DNA from: the human T2T-CHM13v2.0 reference genome, Homo sapiens
Assembly (NCBI RefSeq): GCF_009914755.1
Contig: NC_060927.1
DNA: 64,000 nucleotides
Strand: one strand, 5' to 3'
Below the pieces are notes generated by a model that saw only the letters and a program-made list of their open reading frames with translations, ran no database searches and had not been told where the DNA came from. Shown in pieces: positions 1 through 15,456 of this stretch. Numbering within the stretch: the first letter of the stretch is position 1; each line of letters opens with the position of its first letter. A program made the position numbers and the translations under genes.

Positions 1-1140
1 GTTGCCATTCAGGAAAATAATTTGTAAGTGGACTATATTAGAATTAAGAACACTAGCATACTGAATAGCCATGAAATGAGCAAACTGTAGCTACTGATAT
101 GATGTGAATAAGCCTAATATGGTTATAGCATAAAGGTGAACAAAAGAGGCAGCACACAAATGTACACACACACACACACACACACACAAATCAAGAAAAT
201 AAAAAGACAAGCCATAGGGTAGAAAAGGAATGTGTCATTTATATAACAAGCAAAGACCATCTACCTATAATACATATTTTTTAAAACCCTGTACTATATA
301 TCAATAAGGAAAGACAATAAGGAAAAGACAAGCCCAAAAGAAAAATAGAAAATGATAAGAACAAACATTTCACCCAAAAGTTATGTCCAAATGGCTGATA
401 AACATGAAAATATGACTAACTTCATTAGTAATCAGAAAAATACAAATAAAAATCACAATGATGTACCACTGCATACCCAACAGAATGATAAAAGTTAAAG
501 ACTAATAATACCAAGTATTGGTGAAGATGTCAACAAACAGAACTCTGTTGTGCTCCTCTAGGAAAGAGAATGGGTGCCACCCTTTTGAAAAATAGTTTAT
601 CACTCTATATTCATGCTGAACATACTCTCCTAGGTGATAACTAAGAAAAACGCACGTCCAGGTGCAACAAATACATATTTTTAAATGTGCATACAGCATT
701 ATTTTCTGGAAACAACTGGAAGCAACCCACGTTCATCAGCAGTGGAATGAATAAATATTCGTACAAAGGAACTTTCTCCAGCAATGGCAAACAAACCACA
801 GCTGCACTCACAATATATATAGAGTTCACAAACCTAACATTGACAGGAAGAAAAATTTAAAACCCAGACACAAATCAATACAGGCATTATTATTCAATGT
901 ACATAAAGTTCAAAAACAGATAAAACATAGACAATGGTTATCAGACAAGTTGGTCCCACGGTCAGTTTGAGGGAGTGGAGAGAGATTATGACTGAGGCAG
1001 TCATGCTTTGGCTCTGCATTTCTGGCCATTTGTTTCTTGACGTGTGACTACAAAGGGATTTGCTTAATTGAAATTTAATCAGCTGTATATTTACATATGT
1101 GCACTTTTCTGTATTTGGTGATGTTTCATAATTTTTTAAA
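1..1140 (+). mobile_element. Ancient L1 (L1M/L1ME-type) ORF2 end and 3' UTR, highly decayed
   Basis: Degenerate L1 3' motifs (aaatggctgataaacatgaaaa; cattagtaatcagaaaaatacaaataaaaatcacaatga; gtgcacttttctgtat at the end); A-rich; no open frame. Confidence 0.75.
164..188. repeat. (CA)n microsatellite
   Basis: About 12 CA units seen directly. Confidence 0.95.
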
Positions 1141-1269
1141 AGGCTTTATGTTACCTGGAGCCTGCCACAGGGACCTGCCACTGTGAAATGAGATGTTTAA
1201 ATAAAAATACCAGCTTCAGCAGAGCTCCTTTCTTTTCATTGATGCCACTGCATTATAAAGTACATGTCA

Positions 1270-1713
1270 GATCAGTTATGGTGAAAGTGGCATAACATGA
1301 CTTCCAAGGCTAGGTCATAAAAGGCCTCCCAGCTTCTGTACGGCTCCTTTGCCATGCTCATCCTCAGGATGCTCCCTGTTGGAACACAGCCACCATGCTG
1401 TGAGAAGCTCCAGCCACACTGAGGCCAATAGGTCCTCCAGTTGAGAGCCCCAGCTGAGCCCAAACTTGTCATCATCCCAACCAGGAACCAGCCACGTGAG
1501 TGAACAAACCTGCAATAGATCTCCACCCCCAGCCATTGAAGTCTTCCCAGCTGTTTCCCCAGACATCCTGGAGCAGAGACAAGCTACCCTCTTACCCTCA
1601 ACCCATGCCCATAGAAGTTCCCAACCCACAGAAATCACAAGCACAATGAAATGGCTATTGTGTGGGGACATCAAGTTACTAATGTCTGTTTCACAACAAT
1701 AGCAATTGGGACA
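1270..1713 (+). mobile_element. MLT1 (F/G/H-type) MaLR LTR
   Basis: ccaaggctaggtcataaaaggc, ccatgctgtgagaagc, ggagcagagacaagc, cccacagaaatc motifs typical of old MLT1 LTRs. Confidence 0.7.
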
Positions 1714-1774
1714 AGTCACCATAACTCCATTACTTCCAGTTGTTGTAAGGACTTCATGAAGATAGGCATTTTAT

Positions 1775-1890
1775 TCACATTTTCTGTAGGGCATAGGTAA
1801 GGCTCAGAGTATGAGGTGAATTGCCTCGTGTTGTACAGTGGAGCCTGGATTTAAACCTGAATATGTCTGTCCTGACAGCCTGTGCTCTGC
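1775..1890 (-). mobile_element. MIR SINE fragment
   Basis: cacattttctgtag..aggctcagag..ggagcctggatttaaacc core. Confidence 0.6.
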
Positions 1891-1897
1891 CTGTATG

Positions 1898-2635
1898 TGT
1901 TATAGACTGAATGTTTGAGTTCTTCCCAAATTCATATGTTGAAACCCTAACCCTCAATGTGATGGTATTAGGAGGTAAGAACTTTGGGAGGTAATTAGGT
2001 CATGGAGGTAGAGCCCTCGTGATGGGATTAGTGCCCTTAAATGAACAGACAAGGGAGAAAGATGATTTCTCTCTTCACCACAAGAGGTTAAAGAAAGAAG
2101 GCACCCATCTGCAAATCAAGACGAGAGCCCTCTCCAGACACTGACTCTGCTGGTACCTTAGTCTTGGACTTCCAGCCTCCAGAACTGTGAGAAATAAATG
2201 TTTGCTATTTAAGCCTCCCAGACTATATTTATTTGTTATAGAAGCCCAAGCTGACTAAGGCAAGAAATTGGTGCTAAGAAGTGAGATGCTGCTGTAACAA
2301 ATACCTGAAAACGTGGAAGTGGATTTTGAACTGGGTGATGGACAGAGGCTGGAAGAGTTTGATTTTACAGGTTCACAGATTTAGCACAATTTTGCCTAAG
2401 GATGAATCACACTTCAAGTCTCACCCATACTTGATATAGTTGACACTTAGATAAACTTTGGACTTTAGATTTTAAAGTTGATGCTGGAATGAGTAAGGCT
2501 ATCTGGGGCTGTTGGGGTGGGATAAGTGTATTTGCGGTATGTATTTGGAAGGTCTGGGGAAGAATGCTATGAACTGAATGTCTGTGTCCTGGCAAAATTC
2601 GTAATTTGTTATAGCAGTCTGAGCTGAATAAGATG
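1898..2635 (+). mobile_element. Internally deleted MLT1A-type MaLR provirus (5' LTR 1898-2262, internal 2263-2564, remnant 3' LTR 2565-2635)
   Basis: LTR tgttatagactgaatg...ctgactaaggca, then MaLR internal start aaattggtgctaagaagtg; internal end; second LTR start tgctatgaactgaatg fused to LTR end ttgttatagcag. Confidence 0.8.
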
Positions 2636-4232
2636 TAGACCACACTGCCTTTCTTTCAGGGATGAGTTCATCACCACAATGAAATACTTCAGAAATGTGT
2701 GTAACAGCAATAAGAGAGTTTTCTCGATGTTACACTAGATTCAGAACAGAGCCAGACCACCAGAATTTTCATAGGACTAGGAGGGTTTAAGGTAGGCTCT
2801 GTCATATAACAGCTCCATGACACAGGCTATCTGCCCAGCCCCATTTTCTCACCTGTGAACTACTGCCCAAGACACTGTGACATATCATGGGATAATACCC
2901 ACTTTGGGCTACCTTTGAGGATTTTTATAAGAATAGAAATGAGACATTAAAAGTAATAATAATGCCATCAGACACACTGCTTCTTGGCCAATTGACTGAT
3001 TTTAAGAATGTGAAATTCTCACAGCCATTTACATAGCACTTTGTTGGTTTCAAAGGGTTTCCACAACACACATTGGGTAAAAAGCACTCAGTAAATTGTA
3101 AGGCACAATGACAGACTGCATTATTATTGACATATAGGGAGACAATAAAAGCCAGAGAGTGCCAATCAGCTATGGTGATGACCCAAAATGGGGGTAAAAG
3201 GGAATAAAAGAAGGATGGGGCATGACATGGAAATGGAGTTTTCTCTGTATCATTGGCATCAGATACACAAAATAGTGTCAATTCACCAGAACCGTATCTG
3301 GATGTTCCCTTTCAAGCTAGCCACTGAAATTTTCAAGATTTCAGAATTGGCAAAAACTATACAATCTTATAGGAAAAATTTTTCTCCCGACTTTGTTCCT
3401 TCAGATAAGGACTCAGCAAAACTCTTCCACATCACATGCAGGAGAAAAACAGTGAAAGCCTATCAGTATAGTATCATGGCCAATGTGATGTTCTACTTTG
3501 TGAGCTGAATCTCTGCAATAGTACACGAGTCTAGGATCCTCAGAAAAATCCACCCCCTGACAAAAGAGTGGTTGTGACTTCAGTCAGTGGTCTCAATTCA
3601 AGGACTTCCTGCTTTTCTAACCTATAGGAGTTTAAAATGTGCTGGGTGACTTGATCTGATTTTTTTTCCCCATTTCATCACACACAATGAAACAGAACAT
3701 GAGGTCAAGAAAAATGTAGAATGGAAATACATTTTCTTTCCCTGGAAATAGATTGGAAGATGACAGATCATGTTCTGAAATGATTTTTACTGCTCTCTAA
3801 GGAGCAAAATACAATGAAAGACTCAAAAAGTAGGGTTACAGGCCATTTCCTTGCACAGTGTTTGAGCTGATGGATTTTATTCTTGGAATGTTTTATTGTA
3901 TTCTGCTCCTTCTGGGTGGGGAAAGTCACTTCAGAACTTGCCCAGCTATCTTCTGCTTTTAGTGGAAACTGTAATGGAGTCAGGGGTTGGACTGTCTTTT
4001 CTTCAAAGGACAAAGGATTCCTTTGTTGGTTCTATGGGACTCTTCCTATGTTCTCAAACCATGTTAAGTTTCATGCCTGACCCAGCACCATAAATATAGT
4101 TGGTGATCAAGAGATGGTTGGTTATTCATTCAAATATTCATTGTGCTAGACCCTCAGCTCAGCTAATGAAAGAGACAATCTCTGCCCTCAAAGAACTCCT
4201 GATGTAATGGCAGTGGCACTGGGCACTGAATG

Positions 4233-4685
4233 CTGTAGCAGGAGTGGCAGAGAGGTCTAGCTATCTGCTACAAATTAGTGCTCCCATTCATAAGGTAGTT
4301 GCTGGGAAGCAGTTGCCCACTACATTTCTAGCCTCTTTTGCATGTAGGTGAGGTCATACTCACCATCCCCCAATCCTCCCTGCAAAAGAGTGAGAGAAAG
4401 AGGCAGAAGTGGTCCATAAGGACCATAACACTTTCTGAGCAATTCACCATCCTCTCTCTCTTCCCACCTCTGTTGACTGGATGTCAATGTCTTTGGGAGC
4501 CACTAATGAAGGTGGCAAGACTCCTTGTCAGCCTGAGTCCCTGAGTGGCTCTATGGAGCAAAGAGTAAGCCCTCATACCCTGCATTGCCACCCTGCCATC
4601 AATGACTGGACTGAGATTCATAAAAAATAATCTTTTATTTTATCAAGCCACTGAGATTGGAAAATTTATCTATTGTCACTGCTAG
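4233..4685 (+). mobile_element. MLT1 (J/K-type) LTR
   Basis: ctacatttctagcctc, ggcagaagtg, tccctgagtggctctatggagca, aagccactgagatt motifs. Confidence 0.65.
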
Positions 4686-4724
4686 AACATTTGTTCTATT
4701 AACTATTCATTTAGCACCCTCCAG

Positions 4725-5090
4725 TTCATTCATTCATTCATTCATTTTATGTATTTGACACACTTACTGAGAGCCTCCTGTTGGCTAGGCATAGTTCTAG
4801 GCACTAGCGACACCAAGGCAGGGGAAGTGGAGTGACAGGAAATAAAAATACACAAGGTAATTCAAACTGAATAATGCTATGAAGGAAAAAACAAGCACTG
4901 CTGTAATGGAGAATAATTGAGAAACATCTGTGAGGAGTTGACAATTTGGCCTGAGACCTGAAGGCTATGAAAGAGCCAACCATGTACGTATTTGGGGTTA
5001 AAGCACTACAAGCTGAAGGATCAGAAAATATAAAGGCCTCAAGTAAGAAAATTAATAGACATATTCCAGGAACCGAGCAAAGGTGTGTGT
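4725..5090 (-). mobile_element. L2 3' fragment
   Basis: (ttca)n tail followed by cacttactgagagcctcctg..ctaggcactag and gagacctgaagg. Confidence 0.75.
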
Positions 5091-6256
5091 GCCGTGCAAG
5101 CTAGGGCAGGACAACAGGAATAAACTGAGACAACGTAGAAGCACCTACAGAACCAGGAGATGCGGTCACCCTCCTCATGGCCTTCCCAACACTGTTCCAA
5201 GGCCAAACACTGCCATCCTGTAGTCCTAGAGCCTTACTCCTTCCCAGTGCTCCATGCTGTGGCTGTGGCTGCCCCGGTGAGAACTGATCACTGAAAGAAT
5301 TTTTTTCAGCAGCTGCAGCAACAAGCATAACTCCAGAATGCCACTTGGAATCATCTGCTTCAAGCAGCAAAACATTAAATGTTTTGAATTTTTTTTAAAG
5401 TGGTAAAACTTCTAATGGCTTGAGCGTCCCTTAAAATCTTGACCTGAGGATTTTAGGAAAGCAACAACACACAAATTGCTAAGTCTTTCTTTATGAAAAA
5501 ATAAATAAAGGATAATGGCAATAGCATCACTGTGAAGTGTTTCCCCTAGTAGGGAAAGAGGAAATTGTAATAGTTTCAATTTGGGATCTGGGGACCACAT
5601 TTGATATGAACTCTTCTGCCCTTACATGAAATATTGAATTAATTTCTGTTATCAATTGGAATATGTTGCTGTCTTATTCACTGTGAATTACCCTGGCTGA
5701 AAATATTTGCTATTTTTTTTTCTCCTACAGATTCTCCTGTGTCAGTAGCCTGGGGGATACACTGTCTGATTTAGTTACAGAGAAAATCACTGTTTTTATT
5801 TGATGCCTATTTTTTTTTCCAAGGGGACAAGAAAAACATTCTCACTGGTATCAACTTGTTTCTAAGGAAAGAAGAAGGTGCCATTTCACTAAAAATCTAT
5901 CATACAGTCCAATAAATGAGGTTACTCTGAACTGGCCTGGGGAAAAGCTCCTGGAGATGAAATAAGTAGGAAGGAGAATGTGATGCTGAAATGAAAGAGA
6001 AGACTCGAGTAGTTCCTGTTGTTACCTCAACCCTGGGGACAACGGGAACAGAAGCTTTGGCTTTCAAAGGTCCCTACAGGGGAAGAAGGGTTGGGAAGAG
6101 TTGAGAGTGAGAGAGGTAAATGGAGTCAGGAAACTGGATTCTGGGGCTGATTCCATTCCCAAGTGAAACTAAGTAGGTAATTATCACTGTGGGTCTCAGT
6201 TGCTTTATCAGTAACACGAATTTGGTTTGGTCTCTGCCAGTCTTAATGGTCTGTGG

Positions 6257-6474
6257 GAGGGGTGTCCCTCCTGTGTCTGCCCTGGGCCACACTGGAAGAA
6301 CTGCCTTGGGCCACACATAAAATACACTAATAGTAACTACAGGTGATGAGCTAAAAAACAAAAATCAAAAGAAAATTTCATAATGCTTTAAGAAAGTTTA
6401 CGAATTTGTGTTGGCTGCATTCAAAGCTGTCCTGGGCCACATGCAACCTGCTGGCTGCGGGTTGAACAAGCTTG
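6257..6474 (+). mobile_element. MER30 (hAT-Charlie) DNA transposon
   Basis: ggggtgtcc...ccctgggccacactggaaga...aagaaagtttacgaatttgtgttgg...gttgaacaagcttg matches recalled MER30 consensus end to end. Confidence 0.9.
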
Positions 6475-6507
6475 GTCCATACTTTGTCAACCATGTTTAT
6501 ATAGCAT

Positions 6508-7249
6508 TGTAATGGTTAATTTTATATGTCAATTTGGCTAGGCCATGCTCCCCAGATATGTGGTCAAACACTATTCTAGACATTTCTGTGAAAGTTTTTT
6601 TGGATGAGATTAACATTTAAATTAATAGAATTTGAGTAAAGCACATTGCCCTCTATAATATGAATTTATCTAATCAAGTAAAAGCTTTAAGGAAAAAATT
6701 GATGTCTCTCAAAAGAGAGGAAATTCTGCCACTAGACTGCCCTTTGGACTGAACTGCAACTCTTTCCTGGGTTTCCAGCCTGTCAGCCTGTCCTACAGAT
6801 TTTGGACTTGTGAGCCTTCTCAATGGCATAAGCCAAAAAACAAATGCACACATACATACTGCTATGATTTGAATGTGTCCCCGAGAGTTGTACGTTTAAA
6901 CTTAATCCCTAATACAAAAGTGTTGAGAGGTAGTAACTTTGAGAGGTGATTAAGTTAATGGATTAATGTCATTATTGTGAGAGTGATTTGTTATTGTGAG
7001 AGTGGGCCTGCTACAAAAGCAAGTTCAGCCCTCTCATGCTCTCATGCACATGGCCTCTTTTGCCTTCCCGCCTTCCGCCATGGGATGATGCAGCAAGAAA
7101 GTAATTGCCATCTGTGTGGCTCTCAGTCTTGAACTTCTCAGCCACCAGAACCGTAATAAATAAATCTGTGTTCTTTATATATTACCCAGTCTGTGGTTGG
7201 TATTCTGCTATAGCAACTCAAAACAGACTAAGACACATGCATACATACA

Positions 7250-7280
<31 letters not shown>

Positions 7281-7344
7281 GCACATACATGCACATACGT
7301 ACTCATGTATTAGTTCTGTCTCTCTGGTGGAGAACTTCAATACA
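6508..7344 (+). mobile_element. MLT2 (ERVL) LTR, interrupted by an MST LTR and a (TACA)n microsatellite
   Basis: Starts tgtaatggttaattttatatgtcaa; ends gttctgtctctctggtggagaac..aataca; (TACA)n at about 7240-7280. Confidence 0.85.
6860..7235 (+). mobile_element. MST (MSTC-like) MaLR solo LTR nested in MLT2
   Basis: tgctatg...aacagactaagaca termini; 5-bp TSD catac/catgc. Confidence 0.85.
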
Positions 7345-7355
7345 AGCAACTAGTT

Positions 7356-8072
7356 TGTGTCTGGGATCACCCTAAACCCTTGGGATTTATTAAGGAGAAA
7401 AAGAGGCAAAGATCCCTTCCCTCTTAGAGCTTATGACCTTGGCCTGTGCAGTAAACTCAGCAGGTTTGAGGTACCCAAACTCTACACATTCCAAAGAAAG
7501 AACTGGCCCCGATTGCCCCTGGGAGATCATCATCTCTAATCCTTTGGAACACTCTGCCTAGTAAGTGTGTCTTTGTATCACTGGGGAATTGAACCATGCT
7601 AGACAGTTTATGCTAACAGTGTGACTCATGGTAAAGGCCTGCTTTTGTTTGCCTGGAGCCCTGGGCAATACTGTATCAATTTTACCTCTGGATGGGGAGG
7701 AGGGGATGGAGACTGAGTAGCTAAATCTGCTCAACTGGGTACTTCATGCCTATGTGATTGACCCCTAATAAAAACTCTGAACATCCAGTCATGGTTGAGC
7801 TTCCCTGGTTGGGAACACTTTGTACACATCAGCATACCCCGGTGCTAGGAGAATTAAGAGTTTTCCATATGCTCTTACTGGGAGAAGACAACTGGAAGCT
7901 TGTGTCTAGTATCTCCTGGATTCCACCCCACACACGTTTTTCCCTTACTTATTTTAGTCTGTATCCTTTCTCTGAAAGACACCATAACCATGGGCATAAT
8001 AGCTTACCTGAATTCTGTGACTTCTTCCAGCAAATTATCAGACCTGAAAGTAGTCTCAGAATCCTTGACACA
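7356..8072 (+). mobile_element. ERVL LTR of the MER21/MER68/MER77 group
   Basis: TGTGTC...GACACA termini; cccctaataaaaactctg, gagcttccctggttg and gacaactggaagct motifs. Confidence 0.7.
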
Positions 8073-8563
8073 GTCAACAATATTTATGGAGCATCCACTA
8101 TGTACCAAAACTACCTTAAACACCCGGGATTTATGGAAAAGCAAAAAGAGACAGATTCTCCTTCGCTCCTGGGCCTTATGATCTTGATTATGCCTGTGGG
8201 AACTGTGTGTGGAGTTATTACAGTTTTCACATTAATTTCCAAGAAAAGTCCTCAACAGTCAGCTTTGACTGTGGGTAAAAAGAGAATTAAAGATGTGTTG
8301 AGTTGATCAAAAATAAATACATAACTAAAATAAAATCCCAGTGTGATCATGGGCTGCAATAGAAGGAGATGTCTTGTTTCACCCTGCTCCTCAGATCATG
8401 CCTGGAATGTGCCCAACTGCAGTCAGTTATAGTGGTCTTTGTGCATCATTAGCAAACCACTGACAAACTAAAATGCAACCAGGTGAGAGAGCTCAGGTTG
8501 TTGAAGCTGGCCAAAACTATGGTCCATGGGGAACAGTGGGAAAATCTGAAGATATTTAATAAG

Positions 8564-8772
8564 AATGGTGATTCTCAACTGAGAATGGTTTTGCCCATAA
8601 AGGACATTCGTCAATGTCTGGAGACATTTTTGGTGGTTACAACTGGGAGTGTGCCCCTAACATCTAGTGGGTAGAAGCCAAGGATGCTACTAGGCATCCT
8701 ACAATGCACAGGGCACCCCCCCGCAATAAAGAATGATCCAGCTCAAAATTACAGTAGAGCTGAAGCTGAGAA
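8564..8772 (+). mobile_element. MER20 (hAT-Charlie)
   Basis: caatgtctggagacatttttgg..catctagtgggtagaagccaaggatgct..catcctacaatgcacagg. Confidence 0.9.
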
Positions 8773-9360
8773 GGCAAAGATCTACCTACCTAACCAAGTG
8801 CATAAGATGGTTTGAGAACTATGCACACATGGAACCAATTACTCCACAGGAATAAGTCTTGTGTTGCAGGACATTTCCAGTTAGAATTTACACGATGAGT
8901 TGTCAGGGATACTACAGAGGATACCCAAACCCTGAACTATAAGTGATTCTTGAACATGTACAGGAAGCCCCAAAGAGAGGTTCATGAATCTTTTTCCAGT
9001 TCATGAATGAAGAAACATCAGAAGCCACATGACTCAAATGCAATTCTGTGGTCCTCTGGGAGCAGAATCAAAATTAAAACGCATAGCTCGGGAATCTTGC
9101 ATAGCAACTGAGAAAATACGTCTTTAATCTTTCTCTTTTGGCAGACACAATAACTTAACTGAATGTTAAGTAATAAAAATAATTTGATCATTATTTATTA
9201 TTATTACATGTACTATTTTCAGCCCTTTTTACTAATCCCTCTACATGTATTATTGCATTTAATCTTCTGAAACAAAAATGGAGAGCACAAAGAATGAACT
9301 CATGACAACTGCTGAGGCAGCTACTATTATTGCTCCCATTTCTCAGATGAGAACACTAAG

Positions 9361-9864
9361 TGTATTAGACAGGGTTCCCTAGAGAAACATAACACACACA
9401 CACACATATATATACACACACATGTTTGTATGTATATACAAACACATAGAGCTTTATTATAAAGAATTGGCTGAATTGGCTTATGTGATTATGGAAACTG
9501 AGAAGTCTCCCATTCATCTGTTGTCTGCAAGCTGTAATTCTAGTCTGAGTCCAAAGACCTGAGAACCAGGGAAGATGATAGTGTAAATCCCAGTCCAACT
9601 GCAGAAGAAGACCAAAGTCCCAACTCAGGCAAGCAGGCAGGAAGCAAAAGATGCCTTTCTCCTTTCTTCACCATTTTGTTCTTCCCAGTCCCTCAATAGA
9701 TTGGATAATGCTCACCCCCACTGGGGAGGGCCATCCACTATACTGAGCCCACTGTTGCTCATTTTTTCCAGAAACATCCTCAAAGGCACATGCAGAAATA
9801 CTCTTTAATCCAGGCACCTCACATCTGAGAGGAGTCAGGTCGACACATAAAATTCACTTTCACA
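9361..9864 (-). mobile_element. MLT2 (ERVL) solo LTR inserted into a MIR (MIR about 9200-9950)
   Basis: tgtattag...acataaaattcactttcaca termini; MIR core cagatgagaaca|ctaag ... gtgag|gct is split, with a degenerate 5-bp TSD. Confidence 0.85.
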
Positions 9865-10266
9865 GTGAGGCTTACTGAGACTAAATAATTTACAGAGGGT
9901 CATACAACTAGAAAGGAGCAGAGCTGAGATGTGAGCCCAGTCTGGCTGATAACCAAGCCCACTTTCTTCTATGTGCTCCAGCTACATAAAAGAGAGGAAG
10001 CATCTGGAAGACTCTATTACTGATGACCAAGCAAAGCATTATTGATGCTTCTTGGGCAGTGGGTTATATTTCATTGCTAGAAATTACCTTTCCTGAAAAT
10101 CCCCTGGTAATAAAACCTCTCAGACCTCCATCCTTCTGTCAGCATATCCCAGAGAAATCAGTAGAGTTTAGGCACTCATCTCCCTGGGCATAAACTTCAT
10201 GACTTGTGGGCTAGGGGCGATGACCCATTAATATGAGCAGTCTGCTGCAAGTGCTAATAAGATCAT

Positions 10267-10690
10267 GTTTATCAGTCAGGGTCCCAACAGGAAACAGATG
10301 CAACATCAAAATCAATTCAAGAAGGGTTTCTCCACAAAGAGATTCATTTCAAACTTCAAGGGATATTGCAGGAACCTAGACTAGCAATAGTGGAGCTGTC
10401 TGGATATCTAGGCACAAATGGACAAACGAGAGAGTAGGTCCCAGAACACAGAAGGAGAGATAGTTGTGTGGAGAGAGCTACCTCGGAAGGACCGGGGCTC
10501 TGTGTCACAAGTGACCACACAGGGAGGGAAGGAACCAAAGGACCTCTCTCTCCTCCCTTCCCTAACCCCATCTTCTGCTGGGGCTCCCCACTGGGTGAAG
10601 CCAACCAGAAGCCACAGGCCTGGGACCCCCTTGATGTGCTTCTCATAGGTCACCCCCCAGGGCCAGGAGAAGAGAGAAGATGGGAGGCAT
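10267..10690 (-). mobile_element. LTR33-like ERVL LTR
   Basis: atcagtcagggtcccaacaggaaacagatg start; aagccaaccagaagcc motif. Confidence 0.65.
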
Positions 10691-10939
10691 GTGATATAAT
10701 GGAGCTATAAAACCCATGAAAAATGTGCAGCCTCACTGGGATTGTGGGGTTTGGAGGGGATTTTTAAGGTAGTATTTTTCACAACAAATTGAGAAGTGTT
10801 TTTAAAGGCGAATTTGATGAAACAGATATACTCATTACAGCTGATTGAGACAAAGGCGTTCATTGTTTCTAGAAGGCTATTTGGAGTAAGTAGTAAGAAG
10901 TGTTCTAATATCCTTGCCCTTTGACTCAATATTTTCATT

Positions 10940-11320
10940 GATGTATCTACAGATATTTCCATACTAGAATATTCATTGTAGCATTATTTATGATAGTGAA
11001 AAGTTGGAAAGTTAAATGTCTAACAATATGACCTTAGTTTAAAACTTACAGTATGTTCATATGGATAGAAAATCCCACAATCACAAAAAATCATATTGTT
11101 GAAGAGTATTTAAAGATATAATAAAATGTTCAAGATATAAAATTTATGGCAAAACTTTGACTACTCAAATATATACTGCGAAACCCAATGCCAACATATT
11201 GTGCATGTGTACCTGGGAATACATGTGAATTAAATAAGCAATAGGTACACCAAAATACTAGCAGTGACTGCTTCTGGGTAGCAGGATTGTTAACTCTGTT
11301 AACTGAGGGAACAGGGAAGA
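10940..11320 (+). mobile_element. Ancient L1M 3' UTR fragment
   Basis: atattcattgtagcattatttatgatagtgaaaagttggaaa..aaatgtctaacaat. Confidence 0.6.
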
Positions 11321-11556
11321 GAGGAAAGGAAAATAAATGCCAGGGGTTAGCACACCTCAAATCAACAGGGAAATCAAGGTTTTAAATTTCAGATGAAAAT
11401 TGTGTGCAATTTCCTAAGGCCCTTAAGTCATATCAGAGAACCCCTAACAGAGAAGGGAATAGGAAATGGTACCATAGCCCTCTTCTCTGGATGGGAAACA
11501 GGTTCAAAAACTAATAAAAATTACAATCAAGGATCTATTATTTCTTAATGTGGTGA

Positions 11557-13669
<2,113 letters not shown>

Positions 13670-13979
13670 AAAGTCAAGCTTTAGTTACTTTAAACAATAA
13701 ACCCCAAAGTGAATGTCTCTTTTAAAATGCATGCCTCCTCATTCTCATTAAGTGATACCATTTACTGTCAGCTGGTCTCAAAAGCTGCAACAACAGTTTC
13801 CATGAGGCAAGAACACCCTTGAGACTCAGGTCATAAAAGGAACTTCTACTTATTACAGCCTTTTACAGTTTACCAAACTCTTTCACTTACATAATTTCCT
13901 ATAGATTATCCCACATTCATTCCCACATTTAAATGGAAAGAGCTATGCAAGACCCTGGCACAATTGCTGGCCTGTCATA

Positions 13980-14130
13980 GGTTATTACTGAGCTCCACAG
14001 CAACCTGGAGGGCCGATGTCATGGCACTAATTTTGTAGATGAGGAAAGTGAGGCTCGGAGTGGTCAAGCTTCTTATGGAAGAGGACACAGTAGATGATGA
14101 CTTGAACTCAAGTATCCGGAGGCATTTCCC
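13980..14130 (-). mobile_element. MIR fragment
   Basis: attttgtagatgaggaaagtgaggctc core. Confidence 0.7.
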
Positions 14131-14189
14131 TTCTACCAGCTTCTCCCCGGGTGGCTGAGTGTGCTTCACCTAAACACAGCCTCCCTCCC

Positions 14190-14589
14190 TGGTGTGGCTT
14201 GGATGTTTGTCCCCTCCAATTCTCATGGTGAAATGTGATTCCCAATGTTGGAAGTGGGGCTTAGTGGGAGGTGTTTGTGTCATGGGGGTGGATCCCTCAT
14301 AAATGACTTGGTGCCCTCGCTGTGGTAATAAGTTACTGTGAGTTCTGATTGTTTAAAGGAGTCTGAGATCACCCCCACTGTCTCTTGCTCCGTCTCTCAC
14401 CATGTGATGTACTTGCTCCCCCTTTGCCTTTCGCCATGAGAAGAAGCTTCGTGAGGCCCTCACCAGAATCAGATGCTGGCACAATGATTCCTGTACAGCC
14501 TGCAGAACCATGAGCAAAATAACCCCTTTTTCTTTACAAATTACCCAGTTTCAGGTACTTCTTTATAGCAATGCAAAAGGATTAACACA
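14190..14589 (+). mobile_element. MSTB-like MaLR solo LTR
   Basis: ggatgtttgtcccctcca...ttctttatagcaatgcaaaaggattaacaca; TSD ctccc/ctcct. Confidence 0.9.
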
Positions 14590-15189
14590 CTCCTAGAGGG
14601 CTATACAAGTATGAGCCTTAAACTGGGTGTGCTCTTTGGTTCTGCATCTTTTTATCCACCAGGAAAAGTATTAAATAATGATGATTTCAAGAAAAAAATG
14701 ACTGCTTCTTGCAGTGCAAAAAGCAGGCACTAAGTAAATGCATACTGGGAGAACTTTCTTTTTTTAAATAAAACAACTTAGATTCACCAAAAAATTCTTT
14801 CTTTGACCTCTGTCTTCAAAGTAGTTCAACAAAACTGCATCTATTTTAGTAAGAGCTTTGTTAGTGATCACAATTGTAATATATACACAAAGCAGAAAAC
14901 TTGACAAAATAGAAAAACAAAAGAAAATAAAATCATTCATAAATTCATATTTACCCTGCCTAGCCTGTGCCCTCAAGGTGGCCACTCAACATTCTTGTCC
15001 AGACCCTCCCGTTTTTCTCCCAATATACAGTCACTCTTGACCACGTCTTAATATTCTGTAGTTAACTGTATGAATGAAAAACAAAATACTCCTTAACCTT
15101 ACAGGCAAACTTTACCTGTGTCCCCTTGTCTCCTCTGTTGTTCGAATATGAACTAAAATTTAAAAAAAAATACTACGAACCCACCAAAC

Positions 15190-15357
15190 TTTTCTTCTTT
15201 TTTTTTTTTTTTTTGATAGGCAGAGTCAGGCTCTGCCACCCAGGCTTCAGTGCCGTGCAGTAGCTCACTGTAGCCTTGAATTCCTGGGCTCAAGGGATCC
15301 TTCCACCTCAGCCTCCCAATTAGCTGGAACTGAAGGCACAGTCTACCACATCTAGCT
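15190..15357 (-). mobile_element. Alu monomer (FRAM or AluJ right arm)
   Basis: Poly-T followed by acccaggct..gctcactgtagcc..cctcagcctccca. Confidence 0.85.
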
Positions 15358-15456
15358 CCAACAAAACTATTGACCAGCCCTCCCTGCCCTGAGCATCATC
15401 AAGGTAACTCTTTTTTCCCAATGAAAGAGTTGATTAATAAATATAAAAGTCTAAAC

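Noticed and set aside
5712-5730. Strong-looking splice acceptor (tttttttttctcctacag), with another at about 3610-3627
   Set aside because: No paired donor or coding frame found; such motifs are common, and a lncRNA exon cannot be supported without transcript data
7758-8306. 182-aa ORF
   Set aside because: Mostly within an ERVL LTR, non-ATG start, no recognisable domain
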